DNA from: Macrostomum lignano
Taxonomy: Eukaryota
Reading direction: 5' to 3'
DNA length: 64,000 nucleotides
Assembly: GCA_002269645.1 (NCBI GenBank)
Contig: NIVC01000158.1
Span: 620,001 to 684,000 of the forward strand
In this document: positions 58,501-64,000 of the stretch, piece after piece
Position numbering within the stretch: the stretch's first letter is position 1
Layout: every line of letters begins with the position of its first letter
Position numbers and translations under genes: made by a program
The notes under the pieces: generated by a model
What the model was told of the DNA's origin: nothing
The model's input: only the letters and a program-made list of their open reading frames with translations
The model's database searches: none

Positions 58501-59508
58501 CGTCTGTCTGTTGGTGTCACGGTGTGTTAGCTGGACCACAGATCAGGGCACCATCTTACACTGACTGCGTCTGTCTGTTGGTGTCACGGTGTGTTAGCTG
58601 GACCCCAGATCAGGGCACCATCTTAAACTGACTGCGTCTGTCTGTTGGTGTCACGGTGTGTTAGCTGGACCCCAGGTCGGGGCACCATCTTAAACTGACT
58701 GCGTCTGTCTGTTGGTGTCACGGTGTGTTAGCTGGACCCCAGATCAGGGCACCATCTTAAACTGACTGCGTCTGTCTGTTGGTGTCACGGTGTGTTAGCT
58801 GGACCCCAGATCGGGGCACCATCTTAAACTGACTGCGTCTGTCTGTTGGTGTCACGGTGTGTTAGCTGGACCCCAGATCAGGGCACCATCTTACACTGAC
58901 TGCGTCTGTCTGTTGGTGTCACGGTGTGTTAGCTGGACCCTAATCAATTACTGTTTGTTTACTTTGAAGCACGAGTATGAAGCTAATCATTTTGTAGCTG
59001 TATAGGAATTTCGAATCAAAGAAAAACATAAAGGAGAATTGTGTCCACAATATTTGTTCATAGTTTAAGTAAAGCGCAAAAACCAGAAATTTTAATAACA
59101 CGTTACAACAAAACTTACTGACTTGTCCTTAGCTTTTGTTCCAGGGAAGCACTTGCCTGAAATGTATAAAATAATGTAATACTGTATAAGTTGTTGATGC
59201 AAATGTGCTATTGTTTGCTATTGATATTGACTGTAGAGTATAGCTTACCGCACTCAGAGTGCAGAGCCTTTAGGATGTTCTCGGGGATATTTTTTTTCGG
59301 CTCCCATGTGTTTTTACTCCTACAAAGCATGTTAAAAATGAAAAGCAGTAAAGCCTTAATTTTTTTACAAGTTAAGTAAAATATTATTTAGAATTAGAAG
59401 TAATTCTTTTTGAAAATTTTCTTACCTGGGATAGCCAGTCCACTTTATAAAAAACTTCTTTTTGCAGCACTTCTCAATCCTTTCGAAGTAAAATATTTTG
59501 GCCGTTTT
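55521..59508 (-). CDS. DBF4: Chromodomain + basic 10-aa repeat + Dbf4/ASK/Chiffon motifs N (BRCT-like) and M. Exons 59508-59426, 59319-59249, 59156-59119, 58226-57694, 56419-56254, 56048-55521. 5' end and true 3' end unresolved.
   Basis: Chromodomain: IFYFERIEKCCKKKFFIKWTGYP-RSKNTWEPKKNI. Dbf4-like: QKVFFAY..VKYFGGTIASFFSNQ-VDFVVS; TVQLPRGCAMQKMA; LLGIPNISLLEVRDYL; LSGTAVVIGDASRRGGPIFSE. These match human DBF4 as recalled (KVFYL..LGGRVEEFLSKDISYLIS; TVCLSRGKLLVEKA; WGVKILHIDDIRYYI; LKKPFVKVEDMSQLYRPFY). Splice phases are consistent across all six exons. Confidence 0.68.
56556..57569. repeat. 67-bp minisatellite, array 1 (about 15 copies), intronic
   Basis: GTGTGTTAGCTGGACCCCAGATCAGGGCACCATCTTACACTGACTGCGTCTGTCTGTTGGTGTCACG. 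Confidence 0.96.
58318..58940. repeat. 67-bp minisatellite, array 2 (about 9 copies), same unit and orientation as array 1
   Basis: Read directly. Confidence 0.96.
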
Positions 59509-60789
59509 CTACAGGATATTCTTCCTATATACTTGCAGTTGCAATTGCAACGGGGCCTAAACAAACTCTGGTCTTAGTAAGTCTGGGTTTAAATGGACCT
59601 GATTGCGAGGCTTCTATAGGCAAGCAACCCCACCCAATTTCGTTAGACCTTTTCCTATTGGTTAGCGAGATTCTGTGGCTGGCAAATGTACAGTGCCCAT
59701 TGAGATACCCCACTGGTTGGCCAGTGTCTATTCACACTGTACAGTCTTGAAACAGAAAATTCTAGAATTCTTATCTCCCGACATCAGCTGTTTTAATAAA
59801 AAGCAAACAACTAGTGTACATTGCTGTGTACAATGAGACAAGCAGTCATGCTAAAATAAGGGGGTAGAGATTAGTCTGTGCTACAGGACATCGTTTTAGG
59901 GGAACCACTGGAGGCCGCTATCTTTCAAGGAGTGTGAGGCTCCTTTAAGCATAAGAGCGGCTCACAGTCCAATCACACGATGTACTCCGGATTTTCCGTC
60001 CAATGAATTTGGTTAAAAGGCACTTAAATGTTCGGATAAGCTACGACTTTCAAAGATAGCGATACAAATATGGCTTTCGTTTTGGCTTTGACATAATAAG
60101 ATACAGGTATATAGCTCGTACGAAACAGCCTGTTATCAATCATTACTTCATAGTGTGTGATTGTGTAAATACATCATTCCCTGCAGCACAGGTGGCCAGT
60201 TGCATCACTTACAATTGCGATCTTAGAAGAATTTTTAGTAGCTCAAGGTGGAGAGGAGACTCAATGCTGTGATGCAATATCGTGATTTTTTAAAAAAATT
60301 GTCTTGAAATTAATAGCATATAATAGTTCCGTCTTTGTCGTCCAAGCCCCAAATCCATTATACATATTGTTGCTTACAAATTTGTTATTTTATCGCAAAA
60401 AACAACGTTTTCACGATTACAACAAATCGACAAATTCAGCTACCAATTTACCTAACAGACACAAAACAGACACCAAACAGACAGTTTTTGAAAATGGGTC
60501 ATGTGAAATTTCGATTTACGTGGACCTCGAAAATCGGTTTAGGTGGACCGAGTGAAAGGTCCAGGTAAACTGAAACCGTTGTAACTTGGAACCAAAAGAA
60601 CTTCGAGTGAGCAACTTTAGGGACCACGATCGCTTTCTGCTAGACTCCATCATAGGTCTATGTAAAACATCTTTAACCTTTCATGTAGAAATATATATGG
60701 TGGTCCACGTAAGGGGTCCAGTTAAAACGGGTGGTCCATGTAAGGAGGGAAAAATACTGACGAAAGGTCCAACTAAACACACAGACATT

Positions 60790-61543
<754 letters not shown>

Positions 61544-61826
61544 ACGCAAGTCAATGCAAGAGTACGCGAACTAGCTTAGAGAAGTAGAGAAGTGCTTAAC
61601 AAGATACCGCAAAAAAGTGTCAATCAACACAGTCTCTTTGCTTAAACACATTGTCAATAAATACTTAGTACGAATCGATAGATTAAGCAAATATATGACA
61701 GAGAACTATACCGGAGTCTTCGAAGTTGGCAAATGAGTCAACAATGACAGACAGGTTCTCCAGTGAGTTCATTGCTGATCTCTGAAATTCCTACAAGGAA
61801 TGTAAAGTTCCTTGCTATCTTTGCAG

Positions 61827-63969
61827 CCTGAGAACGATGGAATGCTTGAGAACTTGAGATCGGAATTCGCGCTCTTAATGGAGAGAGGATGTTTCAGCTT
61901 TCGGCTGCTGCAGCACTGCAGGACAGTTTTGTATTACAGCCGTCCTCGAAAGAGTGGGCGACAGCAGCTCAGTTCAGAATGGGAACGGTGAGTCACGGTG
62001 GGGCAGCGGTTGGCGAGCGAATGGCTGCATGCCGTCTGGGATTCGCAGGCTTCATGGCTTCAACTCAAGGCTCCGAGCGAATGGCTATGAACTAAGAAAA
62101 GAATTGAAGCAAAAGACAGCAATTCCTGCAGCATCTACAAGCGTGTTTCATCATTCATTCTAAGAAAAACTTTAGACAATAGCATCTAATTCTTGCTAAT
62201 GCTTTGCTAATTTTACCCAAGTGAAAAACAGGTTGCCATGACACTCCTCGGTACATTTTATTTTCTCATTGATTTCATTATTAATTCAAGGATTCAGATT
62301 CTAAGTGTACTACTAAAAGTAATTGTGCGAAGTACGAGCTATCTATCAAGCTTAACCTAACCGACTGTAGATATAGAGATAAAAATGTAAGATGTAAAAA
62401 TTTAAATCTTGAGAAGGGAAGAGAAGAGGGAATAGAAACGAGAGAAGAGGGAAGGGAGATAGGAAGGAGAGGCGAGAGAATAAAGGAGAAGAGAGGAGAG
62501 AGGAGAGAGGAAAGAGGAGAGAGGAGAGAGGAGAGAGGAGAGAGGAGAGAGGAGAGAGGAGAGAGGAGAGAGGAGAGAGGAGAGAGGAGGAGGAGAGAGG
62601 AGAGAGGAGAGAGGAGAGAGGAGAGAGGAGAGAGGAGGGAGGAGAGAGGAGAGAGGAGAAGTTAAAAAACAAAGGGTAGAGAGAATATAGATATGAGACA
62701 CGAGAGCAGAGAGGAGAGAGAAAAGAAAAGAAAGAGAGGACCGGGTAGAGGAGAGACAATAGATGAGAGAGTAGAGAGTAGAGAGGAGAGATGGGAGAGG
62801 AAAAAAGAGATAAGAGAGAGCAGGAGAAAGGAGAGGAGAGGAGAGGAGAGGAGAGGAGAGGAGAGGAGAGGAGAGGAGAGGAGAGGAGAGGAGAGGAGAG
62901 GAGAGGAGAGGAGAGGAGAGGAGAGGAGAGGAGAGGAGAGGAGAGGAGAGAGAGAGAGGAGAGGAGAGGAGAGGAGAGGAGAGGAGAGGAGAGGAGAGGA
63001 GAGGAGAGGAGAGGAGAGGAGAGGAGAGGAGAGGAGAGGAGAGGAGAGGAGAGGAGAGGAGAGGAGAGGAGAGGAGAGGAGAGGAGAGGAGAGGAGAGGA
63101 GAGGAGAGGAGAGATTGAGCGGGCCGGCTTGCCGGTTGAAGTTTCAACCTACTCGAGGGCCGGATAGAGAGGCTTTGCGGGCTGCATGTGGGCTGTGGGC
63201 GGAGTTGGCCGAAACTGGTGTAGAGAAACTCCGTGTAAGAACGCGCTGTACTTTCGCTTTTTCCTGCTTCCAGCAGATTGAAGAAAATGATTTTTTTAAA
63301 CTTTCAGATCCACCTTAATAAAACGCAGACAAGCTTAATATGCTTACCAGAAGCTTTGAATTTGAGAGATTAAAAATTTAGTGCGAAAAACTAAAGTTCC
63401 CTATCTTTCTGCTGCATTTTAAGCGAAATTAGGCTTTCGAATAAAGTTGCGTGCTGATACAATGCATGGTAACTTCGAGTTCGAGTGGTACTTTCATATC
63501 AGACTGCATCCAGGTTTAAAAGCTAGATGTTTTCTATAATTGCTGTTGAATTGAACTGATTCATGTGCACTCTTCCACAAGGTTGACTCGCAAGTCATTC
63601 GAGAGAAAAAGGTTAAAATGAATATAATTGCCTATTGAAAAACACAAATGCATGAGTTGTGTTTAATTGTTATGAGCGAATTTCTGCTTAGACATGGGCC
63701 GGTAAACTTATTCGGGTAGCAACAAGAGATAGAGATGATTCTCAGTAGCATTTCTTATTAATAGCTTGATAAAACGTGAGTAGCAACTTCGGACACAACT
63801 CATACTGGCTTCAGTTGAAAATAGATTTAACAAATCAGATCAAGTACAAATTGAACTTTATTTCCTCAATTTCTATCTCCCAACCAGAGCGCTCACCTTT
63901 TAATCTTTCGCTGTTCATTCTGCAGCTGCTGCAAACGGTGGTTGCCGCCCTTCGCTTAGAGTACTTTAG
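61827..63969 (+). CDS. Unidentified plus-strand gene, candidate exons 61827-61987, ~63140-63234 and 63926-63969; runs off the right edge
   Basis: Strong polypyrimidine-CAG acceptors at 61826 and 63925, donors GTGAGT/GTAAGA/GTAGTA and open frames (PENDGMLENLRSEFALL.., LLQTVVAALRLEYFR). The acceptor of the middle exon is unresolved and I recognise no domain. Confidence 0.35.
62470..63113. repeat. Polypurine (AGAGG)n/(GAGAGGA)n satellites, two blocks (62470-62660, 62830-63113)
   Basis: Read directly. Confidence 0.95.
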
Positions 63970-64000
63970 GTAGTACCTGCACATTATTGACCTGGCCAGG

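Overview
This is eukaryotic (metazoan) genomic DNA with short exons and introns that are largely filled by tandem repeats. The style fits a repeat-rich invertebrate such as a free-living flatworm, but that is a guess. I built the gene models by hand from GT-AG sites and codon phase. Genes: (1) the 5' part of a NEDD4-family HECT E3 ligase (C2-WW-WW-HECT start, minus strand, runs off the left edge); (2) an intronless KCTD1/15-like BTB gene; (3) a head-to-head pair, 334 bp apart, of an AGC-derived pseudokinase (minus) and a divergent kinase with intact catalytic motifs (plus), both carrying a CPxCR motif; (4) a complete 7-exon NCKX/SLC24 exchanger (minus); (5) a MAP7/ensconsin-like gene (minus); (6) a minus-strand model missed by the ORF track that joins a chromodomain, a basic 10-aa repeat and Dbf4 motifs N and M, with no clear motif C; (7) unidentified plus-strand exons at the right edge. 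Mobile DNA: a young full-length Ty3/Gypsy (Mag-like) LTR retrotransposon with 5-bp TSD, a 1.1-kb non-autonomous TIR element with 8-bp TSD (Merlin-like), two small inverted-repeat elements and two tRNA-headed SINE-like families. Most long ORFs in the supplied track are artefacts of stop-free satellites. The chromodomain-Dbf4 model and the kinase/pseudokinase pair are the most promising leads. All family assignments come from motif recall, not database searches.
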